NCBI RefSeq assembly: GCF_001457595.1
Contig: NZ_LN831039.1
Coordinates: forward strand, 3,030,001 to 3,062,000
Direction: 5' to 3'
DNA from: Mycolicibacterium smegmatis
GTDB taxonomy: Bacteria; Actinomycetota; Actinomycetes; Mycobacteriales; Mycobacteriaceae
Length of the DNA: 32,000 bases
Numbering within the stretch: position 1 is the stretch's first letter; each line of letters begins with the position of its first letter. Both the position numbers and the translations under genes were made by a program. Below are positions 15,338 through 24,449 of the stretch, piece after piece. Under the pieces are notes generated by a model. That model made no database searches and was not told the DNA's origin. It worked only from the letters and a program-made list of their open reading frames with translations.

Positions 15338-15399
15338 GACGGCGAACATCAACCACGGCCGGTGAGCACCACCCTTTCACCTGAAGAAGAACGGATGAC

Positions 15400-16431
15400 A
15401 TGACAGTGGCACCATTGCGCACCGATCGACGGCGGCTGGGGTCCGGCGGACCCGAGGTGTCGGCGATCGGACTGGGGTTCATGAGCTTTCGCGCAGGCAG
15501 CGGACCCGACGACGAGAAGCAGGCCAAGGACATCGTCGACGCGGCGATCGACCTCGGGGTGACACTGTTCGACACGGCCGACATCTACGGCCCCGAGCAC
15601 AGCGAAGTACTGCTTGGCAAGGCGATCCGGGGCAGGCGCGATTCCGTCGTCATCGCGACCAAGTTTGGCAACCGGCTGGACCGGGGTACCAGCCCGGACG
15701 GCCGCGCACTCGACGGCAGGCCCGAGTACGTACGCAGCGCGATCGAGGGGTCGCTGCGCCGTCTGGGTGTGGACCACGTCGACCTCTATTACCAGCACCG
15801 AGTGGATCCCCAGGTGCCGATCGAAGACACCGTGGGAGCGCTCGCCGAACTGGTGCAGGCCGGAAAGGTGCGTCACATCGGGCTGTCTGAACCCGGTCCA
15901 CAGACGCTGCGGCGCGCGCACGCCGTACATCCCATCGCGGCGATCCAGAACGAGTGGTCGCTGTTCACACGCGACATCGAAGGCGAGACCGCGCCGATCG
16001 CACGAGAACTCGGCATCGGCATCGTGCCGTACTCACCGCTGGGCCGCGGTTGGCTCACCGGTCGTGTGCAGTCGCGCGACGACATCAGCGGCACCCACCG
16101 CGACCACCCGCGGTTCAGCGACGAGGCGTTCGACCGGAACCGCGCGCTGGCCGACACCGTGGTCACGGTCGCGGGTGAACTCGGTGTGCAACCCGGCCAG
16201 GTCGCGCTGGCCTGGGTGCTCTCACGGGGACAGGACGTGGTGCCCATCCCGGGCACCCGCCACGTCGGGTTCCTCCGCGAGAACCTCTGCGCGGTGGGCA
16301 TCGAGTTGAGCGATGACCACCTGCGGCGTCTGGAGGGGATCGCCGGTCAGGTCGCCGGGCACCGCTCGGCCCGACCCGAGCACCTCGGCACCGAGGCCCC
16401 GCAGGCAGATTCGGGTGTGCAGAATCGATGA
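15400..16431 (+). CDS. Aldo/keto reductase
   Basis: 343 aa with AKR motifs ([42 protein letters not shown]). The stop overlaps the next start (ATGA at 16428-16431). Confidence 0.9.
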   Translation: MTVAPLRTDRRRLGSGGPEVSAIGLGFMSFRAGSGPDDEKQAKDIVDAAIDLGVTLFDTADIYGPEHSEVLLGKAIRGRRDSVVIATKFGNRLDRGTSPDGRALDGRPEYVRSAIEGSLRRLGVDHVDLYYQHRVDPQVPIEDTVGALAELVQAGKVRHIGLSEPGPQTLRRAHAVHPIAAIQNEWSLFTRDIEGETAPIARELGIGIVPYSPLGRGWLTGRVQSRDDISGTHRDHPRFSDEAFDRNRALADTVVTVAGELGVQPGQVALAWVLSRGQDVVPIPGTRHVGFLRENLCAVGIELSDDHLRRLEGIAGQVAGHRSARPEHLGTEAPQADSGVQNR

Positions 16432-17225
16432 CGGTCATCGCCCGCTACGCAGACGTCGATGCGACCCTCGGCGTCCACAGCGACACGCTGGCACTGCAAC
16501 TCGCCCACCGCTCGGTACGGAAGTTCCTGCCCGACGCGGTCTCCGACGAGCACCTCTCGGCGCTGGTCGCCGCGGCCCAGTCGGCGGCGACCTCGTCGAA
16601 CCTGCAGCCCTGGAGCGTCGTCGCGGTTCGTGACCCGCAACGCAAGGCACGGCTGGCGGTGCTCGCAAAGAACCAGCAGTTCATCAACGACGCTCCGCTG
16701 TTCCTGGTGTGGGTGGCTGATCTCGGGCGGGCCCGGCGCATCGCCGAACGTGCCGGGGTGCCACTGGACGGGGCCGACTATCTGGAGACCACGATCATCG
16801 GATTTGTCGACACCGCGCTGGCGGCGCAGAACGCGGTGCTGGCAGCCGAATCACTGGGACTGGGAACGGTGTTCGTCGGCGCGATCCGTAACCATCCCGA
16901 AGAAGTGGCCGCCGAGCTGGGGCTGCCGCCGTCTGCCGTAGCAACCTTCGGTCTGGCCGTGGGGTTCCCCGACCCCACCGAGAATGCGGGCATCAAACCG
17001 CGGCTGCCGCGGGAGGCCGTGCTGCACCATGAGCAGTACGACGCCCAGACCGCCGATTCCCATGTGCCGGCCTACGACGAGCGTCTCGCCGATTACAACA
17101 CCCGCCACGGGCTGACCGGGACGTGGAGCGAGCGGGTGCTGGCCAGGCTCGCGGGACCACAATCGCTTTCGGGACGCCACCTGCTGCGCACTCAGCTCGA
17201 GCGGTTGGGCCTGGGAATCCGCTGA
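16428..17225 (+). CDS. NADPH-dependent FMN oxidoreductase, NfsA-like nitroreductase family
   Basis: 265 aa with HRSVRKF, SSNLQPW and a conserved FVGAIRN core. Length and order match NfsA/Frp-type enzymes. Translationally coupled to the AKR gene. Confidence 0.85.
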   Translation: MTVIARYADVDATLGVHSDTLALQLAHRSVRKFLPDAVSDEHLSALVAAAQSAATSSNLQPWSVVAVRDPQRKARLAVLAKNQQFINDAPLFLVWVADLGRARRIAERAGVPLDGADYLETTIIGFVDTALAAQNAVLAAESLGLGTVFVGAIRNHPEEVAAELGLPPSAVATFGLAVGFPDPTENAGIKPRLPREAVLHHEQYDAQTADSHVPAYDERLADYNTRHGLTGTWSERVLARLAGPQSLSGRHLLRTQLERLGLGIR

Positions 17226-17243
17226 CCGCGGGCGGTGCTGGTG

Positions 17244-18038
17244 TCAGACCTTCTCGGTGGCGCCGGACAGCTTGCTCACCAACGCATTTCCGGCGAGCCC
17301 CACCACGATCATGGCAATCCCGACCACATCGGGCAGCGCGTCGGTGACCCAGCCGAAGATCCCGGCGATCAGCACGAACATCGGAAGCCAGTCGAACAGT
17401 TTGACCAGGCTTGCCCCGGTCTCGGCGGTCTCCGGGCTCTCGCCGGTCTGTTCGTCGAATCTCGCCGTCGCGTAGTCGGGGTACCACCCCGTGAACGCGA
17501 CCGCGAAGAAGATCGAACCCAGTTGCAGGACCCAGCCGGTCCAGAAGTTGTCCGGGTCGTGCAGGATCGCGTTGCCGATGAATCCGACGACGGCCGAGAA
17601 CGTGAACGCGGCTGCCCACACCCCCGAGATCACGTAGTTGATCCGCAGGAACAGCGGACTGTCCCAATGCTCCTGCGGGGCCTGCTCCTTGGCGTACGGG
17701 AGCGTGAACGGCCGCCGCACGACGATGGTGGCGATCACGAACACGGCCAGCGCGATGTTGCTGAGCTCACCGGCCCACTCCTGCAACCAGTCCACGGTAT
17801 CCGCGGGGACGGCCAGCCCGATCACGGCCAGCACCACGAAGAACGCCGCACCGTAGAAGTCGAGTGCGTGCAGCGTTCCTCCACGCCGCCGGTTGATCCA
17901 CATCGTGAGCAGGGTCAGGCCCAGCGCCGCACACACGGCCTCTTCGAAATGGCCGGGCGTCGACAGCACCGCCATCACCACCCACGGCGCGATACCCGAG
18001 AGCGGGGACTCGAGGTAGCCGTCGAGAAACTTGGTCAT
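17244..18038 (-). CDS. Integral membrane protein, unknown function
   Basis: ATG 18038 (MTKFLDGY...); the track start at 18047 is a TTG three codons upstream. It has about 7 hydrophobic segments and strong G/C third-position bias. I recognise no family motif. Confidence 0.7.
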   Translation of the reverse strand: MTKFLDGYLESPLSGIAPWVVMAVLSTPGHFEEAVCAALGLTLLTMWINRRRGGTLHALDFYGAAFFVVLAVIGLAVPADTVDWLQEWAGELSNIALAVFVIATIVVRRPFTLPYAKEQAPQEHWDSPLFLRINYVISGVWAAAFTFSAVVGFIGNAILHDPDNFWTGWVLQLGSIFFAVAFTGWYPDYATARFDEQTGESPETAETGASLVKLFDWLPMFVLIAGIFGWVTDALPDVVGIAMIVVGLAGNALVSKLSGATEKV

Positions 18039-18160
18039 GGCCGACAACTTTATTTGCGGAGTCGTCAGAGTTCAGGGCAAATCGGATCTTTCGACAGCAC
18101 AATCGCGGCGCTTCGGCACCCTCGGCGCCCCGAGCATGCGCGCACCGTAGGTTGGTCGGC

Positions 18161-18961
18161 ATGGACACACCGGTAGCTGTTGTCACGGGAGCCAGTCGAG
18201 GCGCCGGCCGCGGCATCGCCGCGGCCCTGCTCGCCGCGGGGTGGAAGGTGTACGTCACGGGACGCACCGTGACCGATCCAGGACCCGGCGGGGTCGCCGT
18301 GCCGGTCGATCATTCCGACGACGTCGCCGTCGGCGCGCTGTTCCGGCGGGTGGCCGACGAGTCCGGGCGCCTGGACCTGCTGGTCAACAACGCCGCGGCG
18401 ATCCACGACGCACTGGTCGATCCGAAACCGTTCTGGGAGAAGCCGATCGAGCTGGCCGATGTGCTCGACGTCGGCTTGCGCTCGGCGTACGTGGCGTCGT
18501 GGCACGCCGCGCCGCTGCTGCTCGCGGGGGACAAGGGGTTGATCGCGTTCACGTCGTCACCGGGTTCGGTGTGCTACATGCACGGCCCGGCCTACGGGGC
18601 GCAGAAGGCCGGCGTGGACAAACTTGCGGCCGACATGGCGGTCGATTTCCGCGGCACGTCGGTGTGCACGGTGTCGATCTGGATGGGCATCCTGCTCACC
18701 GAGAAATTACGTGCGGCGTTTGCCGGGAATCCCGAGGCGCTGGCCGAGACCGCCAAGCACGCCGAAACCCCGGAGTTCACCGGCCGATTGATCGATGCGC
18801 TCTACCGCGACCCGCAGCTGGGAGAGCTGTCCGGCCAGACGGTCATCGGTGCCGAACTCGCGACGCGCTACGGCATCACAGACGAAGGCGGGCGTGTCCC
18901 GCCGTCACACCGCGAGATGCTCGGCGCCCCGCGCGTCCCGCATCCCGCCGTGGTGCGCTGA
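18161..18961 (+). CDS. Short-chain dehydrogenase/reductase (classical)
   Basis: ATG 18161 (MDTPVAVVTGASRGAGRG); the track start at 18152 is a TTG. TGxxxGxG, NNAA and the catalytic YGAQK motifs are all present. Confidence 0.85.
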   Translation: MDTPVAVVTGASRGAGRGIAAALLAAGWKVYVTGRTVTDPGPGGVAVPVDHSDDVAVGALFRRVADESGRLDLLVNNAAAIHDALVDPKPFWEKPIELADVLDVGLRSAYVASWHAAPLLLAGDKGLIAFTSSPGSVCYMHGPAYGAQKAGVDKLAADMAVDFRGTSVCTVSIWMGILLTEKLRAAFAGNPEALAETAKHAETPEFTGRLIDALYRDPQLGELSGQTVIGAELATRYGITDEGGRVPPSHREMLGAPRVPHPAVVR

Positions 18962-18963
18962 CC

Positions 18964-19917
18964 TCAACTCAGCAGCTTTTCCGAGACCAGCCAGTCGCGC
19001 GCGACGATCGCCGGATCGTCGCCGTCGCTGTCGACTCTGGCGTTGAGCGCCATCATGGTCTCGTTGGTGAGCCTCGGGCTGAGCTCGCCGAAGATCTCAC
19101 CGAGTTCGGGGTGCGCCCGCAGCAGATCGGTGTTCACCACCACGGACAGGTTGTACAGCGGGAAGAATTTCCGGTCGTCGTCGAGCACACGCAGATCCAG
19201 CGCGGGGATGCGGCCGTCGGTGGTGTACACCTCACCGAAATTGCAGTCGCCGTCGGCCGTCGCGGTGTAGATGACGCCGGTGTCCAGATGGGTCACGCGC
19301 CCAAGGGCGTCGGGGGACAACCCGTAGGTCTGCAGCATCGGCACGAACCCGTCGTTGCGGCTGGCGAATTCACTCTCCACGCAGAACGTCAGCTCGTTGC
19401 GGGGAAGCTCGGCGAGATCGGACAGCTTGGTCACCCCGAGCCGCTCGCCCTCGGCTTCCCGGATGGCGAAGGCATAGGTGTTGTTCATCGGTGCGGGCGG
19501 CAGCCACGTCAGGTTGTTGACGGCGTCGGCCTCGTTGACGGCCTGCCACTGCGCGGTCGGATCGGGGATGGGCTTCTCGTTGCCCATGTAGTTGATCCAG
19601 CCGTTGCCGGTGTACTCCGGTGAGACGGTGGCGCTGCCGTTCAGCATGGCCTGCCGGACGCCGAAGCTGCCCGGGGTGTTCGTCATGTTGGTCACCTCGG
19701 CCCCTGCCGCGTTGAGCACTATCGAGACCATGTTGCCCAGGATGAGCTGTTCGGTGAAATCCTTGGCGGTCACCGTGATCGGCACGCCGTCGAGCGAATC
19801 GTAATGCCGGATGGCGCCCGGTTCGGCGTCGAGCACGGTGCCGCTGGCCGAACGCAGCCCGCAACCGGCGAGCGTCGTGGTGAGCACGAGCGCCGCGGCG
19901 AGAAGTTTGCGCGTCAT
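18964..19917 (-). CDS. Glycine betaine/choline/carnitine-type ABC transporter substrate-binding lipoprotein
   Basis: The track ORF 18964..20601 fuses two genes in one frame. ATG 19917 gives MTRKLLAAALVLTTTLAGC (lipobox LAGC) and overlaps the permease stop (ATGA). The mature part resembles OpuCC/ProX-type binding proteins (EYTGNGWINY, NNTYAFA, FFPLYN). Confidence 0.85.
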   Translation of the reverse strand: MTRKLLAAALVLTTTLAGCGLRSASGTVLDAEPGAIRHYDSLDGVPITVTAKDFTEQLILGNMVSIVLNAAGAEVTNMTNTPGSFGVRQAMLNGSATVSPEYTGNGWINYMGNEKPIPDPTAQWQAVNEADAVNNLTWLPPAPMNNTYAFAIREAEGERLGVTKLSDLAELPRNELTFCVESEFASRNDGFVPMLQTYGLSPDALGRVTHLDTGVIYTATADGDCNFGEVYTTDGRIPALDLRVLDDDRKFFPLYNLSVVVNTDLLRAHPELGEIFGELSPRLTNETMMALNARVDSDGDDPAIVARDWLVSEKLLS

Positions 19918-20696
19918 CCCAGCCCCTTGGGGGCCGCGAGCATCTCGACCACCCGGGCGAGCCAGTCGATGAACAGCGCCAGCGACGCGACCAGGATCGC
20001 GCCCACCACGAGCGTCGTGGTCTGCTGCAACCGGATTCCGACCGTGATGAGCTGACCCAACCCGCCGCCACCGGTGAACGCGGCCAGCGACGCGGTACCC
20101 ACGATGAGCACCAGCGCGGTGCGCACACCCGCGACGATCACGCGCAACGCCAGCGGCAACTCCACTTTCAGCAGCGCCGAGAACGACGACATCCCCATGC
20201 CGCGTGCGGCTTCCACGAGCCGGGGGTCGACGCCGTCGAGGCCGATGACGGTGTTGGCGATGATCGGCAACGCGCCGTACACCGTCAGCGCCGCGATCGA
20301 TCCGGTTGTGCCGATCCCGAACAGCACCGCGCCGAGCGCGATGAGCCCGATCGCCGGGGCGGCCTGACCGAAACCGGCCACGGTGATGATCGGCTTGGCG
20401 TACCGCCGCATCGAACCCCGGGTCAGCGCGATGCCCAGCGGGATCGCCAGCACGCACGTGAGAACTGTTGCCGCGACACTGATCACCATGTGCTCGCGCA
20501 ACAGCGTCAACAGGTTGCCGATCCCCAGCGCGCGCCGCTCGGATTTGGAAACGTCGGCGACCTTGACGTAGAGCAGCGAACCGGCCACCGCGGCCACGCA
20601 CACCAGCGGCTGGATCAGCCAGCGGCCCAGCCCCAACCGGGACGAGGGTTCGGCGGGGAGCGCGACGCCTTCGGTGTCGGGTGCGGTGGTGGTCAC
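19914..20696 (-). CDS. ABC transporter permease (OpuCB/OpuCD, ProW-type)
   Basis: GTG 20696 overlaps the ATPase stop (GTGA). The 260-aa protein is multi-TM and carries the EAA-type loop VEAARGMGMSSFSALLKVELPLA. Confidence 0.85.
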   Translation of the reverse strand: MTTTAPDTEGVALPAEPSSRLGLGRWLIQPLVCVAAVAGSLLYVKVADVSKSERRALGIGNLLTLLREHMVISVAATVLTCVLAIPLGIALTRGSMRRYAKPIITVAGFGQAAPAIGLIALGAVLFGIGTTGSIAALTVYGALPIIANTVIGLDGVDPRLVEAARGMGMSSFSALLKVELPLALRVIVAGVRTALVLIVGTASLAAFTGGGGLGQLITVGIRLQQTTTLVVGAILVASLALFIDWLARVVEMLAAPKGLG

Positions 20697-21877
20697 GGCA
20701 TCGGACCCGTCGGCGAGGTCTGCATGTCCGGCATCGCGTCCATGATGGTCTCGACCCGGATGACGCCCTGGTAGGCGTTGCGCCGCCCGGTCACCACCAC
20801 CACGCCGTGCGACGAGGTGAGCATCACGTCGAGCGCGTCGTTGAGAGTCGAGGAGGTGCTGACCTTTTCGAGATTCTCGTCGCGCGTGACGCGCTCGAGG
20901 GAGTGCGCGTCGGAGAGATCGGACAACGACAACCACCGCAGCGGGCGGTCGTGCTGATCGAGCACGATCACATGCTCACGGTCGATGGCCTGCGCGGTCC
21001 GGATGGCCTCGGCGGGATCGTCACCGACATGCGCGACGGCCGCCTCGTGCAACTCGACGTTGCGCACGCGCGTGAGGGTGAGTTGCTTGAGCGCCGCGCC
21101 GTGCCCGACGAAGCCGCGCACGAAATCGTCGGCCGGGTTGGCCAGGATCTCCTCGGGCTTGTCGTACTGCACGATCCGGGAGCCCTCGGTGAGGATCGCG
21201 ATGCGGTCACCGACCTTGACGGCCTCGTCGAAGTCGTGCGTGACGAACACGATGGTCTTGTGGAGTTCGTCCTGTAGCCGCAGCAGTTCGTCCTGCAGGT
21301 GCTGACGCGTGATCGGATCGACCGCGCCGAACGGCTCGTCCATCAGCAGCACCGGAGGATCGGCCGCCAGCGCCCGCGCCACCCCGACCCGCTGCTGCTG
21401 GCCGCCGGACAGTTCGCGCGGGTAGCGGTCGCGGTACTGCGCCGGTTCGAGATTCACCAGATCGAGCAGTTCGTCGACGCGTGCGGCGATGCGCTGCTTC
21501 TCCCACTTCAGCAGCCGCGGCACGATCGCGATGTTCTCGCCGACCGTGTAGTGGGGGAACAGCCCCGCGCCCTGGATGACATAGCCGATGTGGCGGCGCA
21601 GTTCGTCGGGATCGCGGTGTGTCACATCGTCGTCGCCGATCAGGATGCGGCCGCTGGTCGGTTCGATCAGGCGGTTGATCATCTTCATCGTGGTGGTCTT
21701 GCCGCACCCCGAGGGGCCGACGAGCATGACGATCTCCCCGGCCGGGAACTCGATGGTGATGTCGTCCACGGCCGCAGGGCCTTTCGCGTCGTAACGCTTG
21801 GTCACGCCGTCGAGCAGGATGCGCACACCGCTGGTCTGGGTGGCGACGGGATCGCCGGAAAGCGCCGGGTCAGACAC
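20693..21877 (-). CDS. ABC transporter ATP-binding protein with C-terminal tandem CBS domains (OpuCA/ProV-type)
   Basis: Walker A GPSGCGKTT, signature LSGGQQQR, Walker B LLMDEPFGAVD. A roughly 130-aa C-terminal extension has a CBS-pair-like pattern. GTG 21877 overlaps the upstream permease gene by 8 nt. Confidence 0.92.
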   Translation of the reverse strand: MSDPALSGDPVATQTSGVRILLDGVTKRYDAKGPAAVDDITIEFPAGEIVMLVGPSGCGKTTTMKMINRLIEPTSGRILIGDDDVTHRDPDELRRHIGYVIQGAGLFPHYTVGENIAIVPRLLKWEKQRIAARVDELLDLVNLEPAQYRDRYPRELSGGQQQRVGVARALAADPPVLLMDEPFGAVDPITRQHLQDELLRLQDELHKTIVFVTHDFDEAVKVGDRIAILTEGSRIVQYDKPEEILANPADDFVRGFVGHGAALKQLTLTRVRNVELHEAAVAHVGDDPAEAIRTAQAIDREHVIVLDQHDRPLRWLSLSDLSDAHSLERVTRDENLEKVSTSSTLNDALDVMLTSSHGVVVVTGRRNAYQGVIRVETIMDAMPDMQTSPTGPMP

Positions 21878-22517
21878 GAATCCCCCTCGGAGTGGTCAGG
21901 CGGGTGATGATGTTGAGCACGGTGTCCAACACGACCGCCAGGATGAGGATGCCGACGGTGCCCGCGACGATCGAGTTGGTGGCGTTGGCGCCGCCGGTGC
22001 GCGAGATCCCGGAGAAGATGTAGCCCCCGAGACCGGGACCGAGTGCGTACGCGGCGATCGCGGCGACACCCATGAGCATCTGGGCCGAGACCCGCACCCC
22101 GGTCATGATCACCGGCCAGGCCAGCGGGATTTCCAGTCGCAGCAGGGTGGACAGTCGGCTCATACCCATGCCGCGCGCGGATTCGATCAGTGCGCGGTCC
22201 ACACCGCCGAGACCCACCAGCACGTTGCGCAGGATCGGCAGGAAACCGAAGAACACCAGCATGATCACCGACGGCAGCACCCCGATGCCGATGAACGCCA
22301 CCAGCACGCCGAGCAGTGCGTACGACGGAATGGTCAGTCCCACCGAGGTGAGCGTGTTGCCGATCGCGCTGGCCCACGGCGAGCGGTAGATCAGCACGCC
22401 GACGACGAGTGCGGCGGCCGTGGCGATCAGCAGGGTCTGCACCACGAGGCTCATGTGCTGATAGGCGAGGAACGACAGAACCGCCCACCGGTCCTGCACG
22501 AATTCGACAAAGCCCAT
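21870..22517 (-). CDS. ABC transporter permease (OpuCB/OpuCD, ProW-type)
   Basis: 215 aa, first gene of the operon. Its EAA-type loop is IESARGMGMSRLSTLLRLEIPLA. It is a paralogue of 19914..20696. Confidence 0.88.
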   Translation of the reverse strand: MGFVEFVQDRWAVLSFLAYQHMSLVVQTLLIATAAALVVGVLIYRSPWASAIGNTLTSVGLTIPSYALLGVLVAFIGIGVLPSVIMLVFFGFLPILRNVLVGLGGVDRALIESARGMGMSRLSTLLRLEIPLAWPVIMTGVRVSAQMLMGVAAIAAYALGPGLGGYIFSGISRTGGANATNSIVAGTVGILILAVVLDTVLNIITRLTTPRGIRV

Positions 22518-22655
22518 GAACTGTCAGCGCCTCCCGATCTTGAACGTCGCCGACCCTGTACCCACCGTCGGCCGCCTTCAAACACCCGTGTTACGCGGGT
22601 GAGCGCGGATCCCGTGAGGTACAACCATGCCAGCGAATCGAGAGCCGGAGGACCG

Positions 22656-23738
22656 ATGACCACGACCAGCCGCGACAAGCGCGGGCCGATCACCCGGAAC
22701 GTGCTGGGATCCAGCGCCGCCGAGGCATTCGTCCTGTTCGCGATCGCCACCATCCTGGTCACCCGGCTTTACCTGGAGCTGACCGGCTATCCGCAGATCG
22801 GCGGCGGCAACCTGCACATCGCACACGCCCTGTGGGGCGGTGCGCTGATGATGGTGGCGTTGCTGATCGGCTGGCTGGTGCTGGGTTTTGGCGCCCGGAT
22901 CGCGGCGGTCGTGCTGGGCGGCATCGGCTTCGGCCTGTTCCTCGACGAGGTCGGCAAGTTCGTCACGAAGGACAACGACTACTTCTACGGCCCGGCCGCC
23001 GAGATCATGTACATCTTGGTGGTCCTCATCCTGGTGGGGGCCCGCGTGGTGCGCGGCGTCAGGCCGTTCACCGCGCGCGAGTGCGTCGCGTCGGCCGCGT
23101 CGATAGCCGCCGACGGTGTCGCCCGCGGGCTGGCGCGGCACCGCCGCGACGTGGGCCTCACGCTCGTCGAACAGGCCCGCGAACTGGGCGCCGACCCCGA
23201 CGAGCTCGAGCACATCCGCGCGCTGCTCATCTCGGCCCATCCCGCGCCCGAGCGCCTCTACCGGATGCAGCAGAAGCTGCCACGGCTGATCCCCGGGTTC
23301 TTCCGCAGCCCACGATGGGTTCCGGTGCTGGGGTGGCTGCTGGTGCTGGGCTCGGTGGCGGGTGTGCTGTTCGGGGTGCTCGGCATCGTGATCGGCGACC
23401 ACCTCTTCGAAGAGGGCGACGTCACCTTCCACGTCGCCGGTGCCACGCCGTCGTCGATCATCCTGCTCGCCACGGCCGTCATCACCTCGGCGCTGGCACT
23501 GCCCGCGATGATCGCGCGACACCGCACCGACGCGGTGTGGCCGCTGCGCTGGCTGCGCAATGCGGCGCTGGCGTTCACCTTCCTCAACGCGCTCGTCGAT
23601 TTCGCCACGGAAGGCTTTGGCGCCCTTGCGAACATGTCCATCGGGCTGTTCACCCTGGCCATCCTGACCTATCAACTGGACCAGGCCGTGGTCCGGCAGG
23701 GGCTGGAAGAGGACGCCGCCCCGTCGAGCGTGCGCTGA
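22656..23738 (+). CDS. Integral membrane protein, unknown function
   Basis: The track ORF 21798..23738 is over-extended across the divergent operon. ATG 22656 is preceded by GGAGGA at a 3-nt spacing. The 360-aa protein has an N-terminal TM bundle (HIAHALWGG, GFGLFLDEVGKF), a central soluble helical segment and a C-terminal TM bundle. G/C third-position bias is strong. Confidence 0.75.
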   Translation: MTTTSRDKRGPITRNVLGSSAAEAFVLFAIATILVTRLYLELTGYPQIGGGNLHIAHALWGGALMMVALLIGWLVLGFGARIAAVVLGGIGFGLFLDEVGKFVTKDNDYFYGPAAEIMYILVVLILVGARVVRGVRPFTARECVASAASIAADGVARGLARHRRDVGLTLVEQARELGADPDELEHIRALLISAHPAPERLYRMQQKLPRLIPGFFRSPRWVPVLGWLLVLGSVAGVLFGVLGIVIGDHLFEEGDVTFHVAGATPSSIILLATAVITSALALPAMIARHRTDAVWPLRWLRNAALAFTFLNALVDFATEGFGALANMSIGLFTLAILTYQLDQAVVRQGLEEDAAPSSVR

Positions 23739-23780
23739 GGGCGGTGAGCGGCGGGCAATCCCGCCCTGGGCGCACAGTCG

Positions 23781-24449
23781 ATGGCAAGGGTCGCGGCCGG
23801 CAGGCAATACGGTGGAACCGTGGCCAGCCAGACCGATCCCGCGAGCAAGCACGCCGGCGGAGGGTTCAACCCGCCGGAACCGACCACGCGCGGCGGACCT
23901 GATTACGGCAGGTTCGTCGAGGCCGTGCGCACCCTGCAGGACCACGCGAAGGCGGCCGATGCCCCCGACGAGGTGTTCACCGAGGCCGCCGGGCTGATCG
24001 AGAAGGTGTCGGCGCTGCTCGCGCCGTACGACGCCGACGAGTGGAGCTCGCCGTCGGGCCGCCGCCTCGACCTGCCCAACCGGGGCAACGTCAGTTCGGT
24101 GCCGGTGAACCTCGACGTCGAGGACGGCCGGATCGTCGGAACCGCGTACTTCCGCCGCTTCCACCTGGGCCGCAACGGCGCGGTGCACGGGGGAGCGCTG
24201 TCGCTGATGTTCGACTCGCTGCTGGGCTTCACGGCGGCCAAGCTGACCCACAGCCGCCATCAACGCACGGCCTATCTGCATGTCAACTACCGCAAGATCG
24301 CGCCGATCGAAAAGGAACTGCAGGTCGAGGCCGGTATCGACCGGATCGAGGGCCGCAAGATCTTCGTCACGGGGCGGCTGTGTGACGGCGCCGACGTGCT
24401 CACCGAGGCCGAGGCGCTGTTCGTGCGGCTCAAACCGGGCCAGCCATGA
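23781..24449 (+). CDS. PaaI-family (hotdog-fold) thioesterase
   Basis: The C-terminal hotdog core is NGAVHGGALSLMFDSLLG ... YLHVNYRKIAP ... GRKIFVTGRL. The N-terminal roughly 40 aa are low-complexity. The true start could be the in-frame GTG at 23820, which follows GGTGGA. Confidence 0.78.
   Translation: MARVAAGRQYGGTVASQTDPASKHAGGGFNPPEPTTRGGPDYGRFVEAVRTLQDHAKAADAPDEVFTEAAGLIEKVSALLAPYDADEWSSPSGRRLDLPNRGNVSSVPVNLDVEDGRIVGTAYFRRFHLGRNGAVHGGALSLMFDSLLGFTAAKLTHSRHQRTAYLHVNYRKIAPIEKELQVEAGIDRIEGRKIFVTGRLCDGADVLTEAEALFVRLKPGQP

Noticed and set aside
15298-15384. 28-codon Arg-rich ORF (MNHRGCKSGVRSRRRRTSTTAGEHHPFT) in the 407-bp intergenic region, plus the ATGACATGA mini-ORF at 15395
   Set aside because: There is no convincing SD, and the composition looks like random GC-rich translation. 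Its ATG lies in the loop of hairpin 2. I cannot support it as a gene or leader peptide without conservation or ribosome-profiling data.
18052-18082. ATTTGC-N19-GCAAAT inverted repeat in the divergent region between the 7-TM protein gene and the SDR gene
   Set aside because: The arms are only 6 bp with a long spacer, in a locally AT-richer stretch. This is compatible with chance, and no regulator gene lies nearby.
23738-23767. Short GC hairpins after the membrane-protein stop (GGCGGG-caat-CCCGCC, or alternatively AGGGCGG...CCGCCCT)
   Set aside because: The stems are 6-7 bp with no U-tract. Such GC-rich mini-palindromes are expected frequently at this base composition. This is not enough evidence to call a terminator.
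22578-24281. 567-aa minus-strand ORF spanning the unknown membrane protein, an intergenic gap and part of the thioesterase gene
   Set aside because: It crosses two well-supported plus-strand genes and their intergenic region. Its composition (Arg, Gly, Ala, Pro, His) and lack of motifs indicate a GC-driven open frame.
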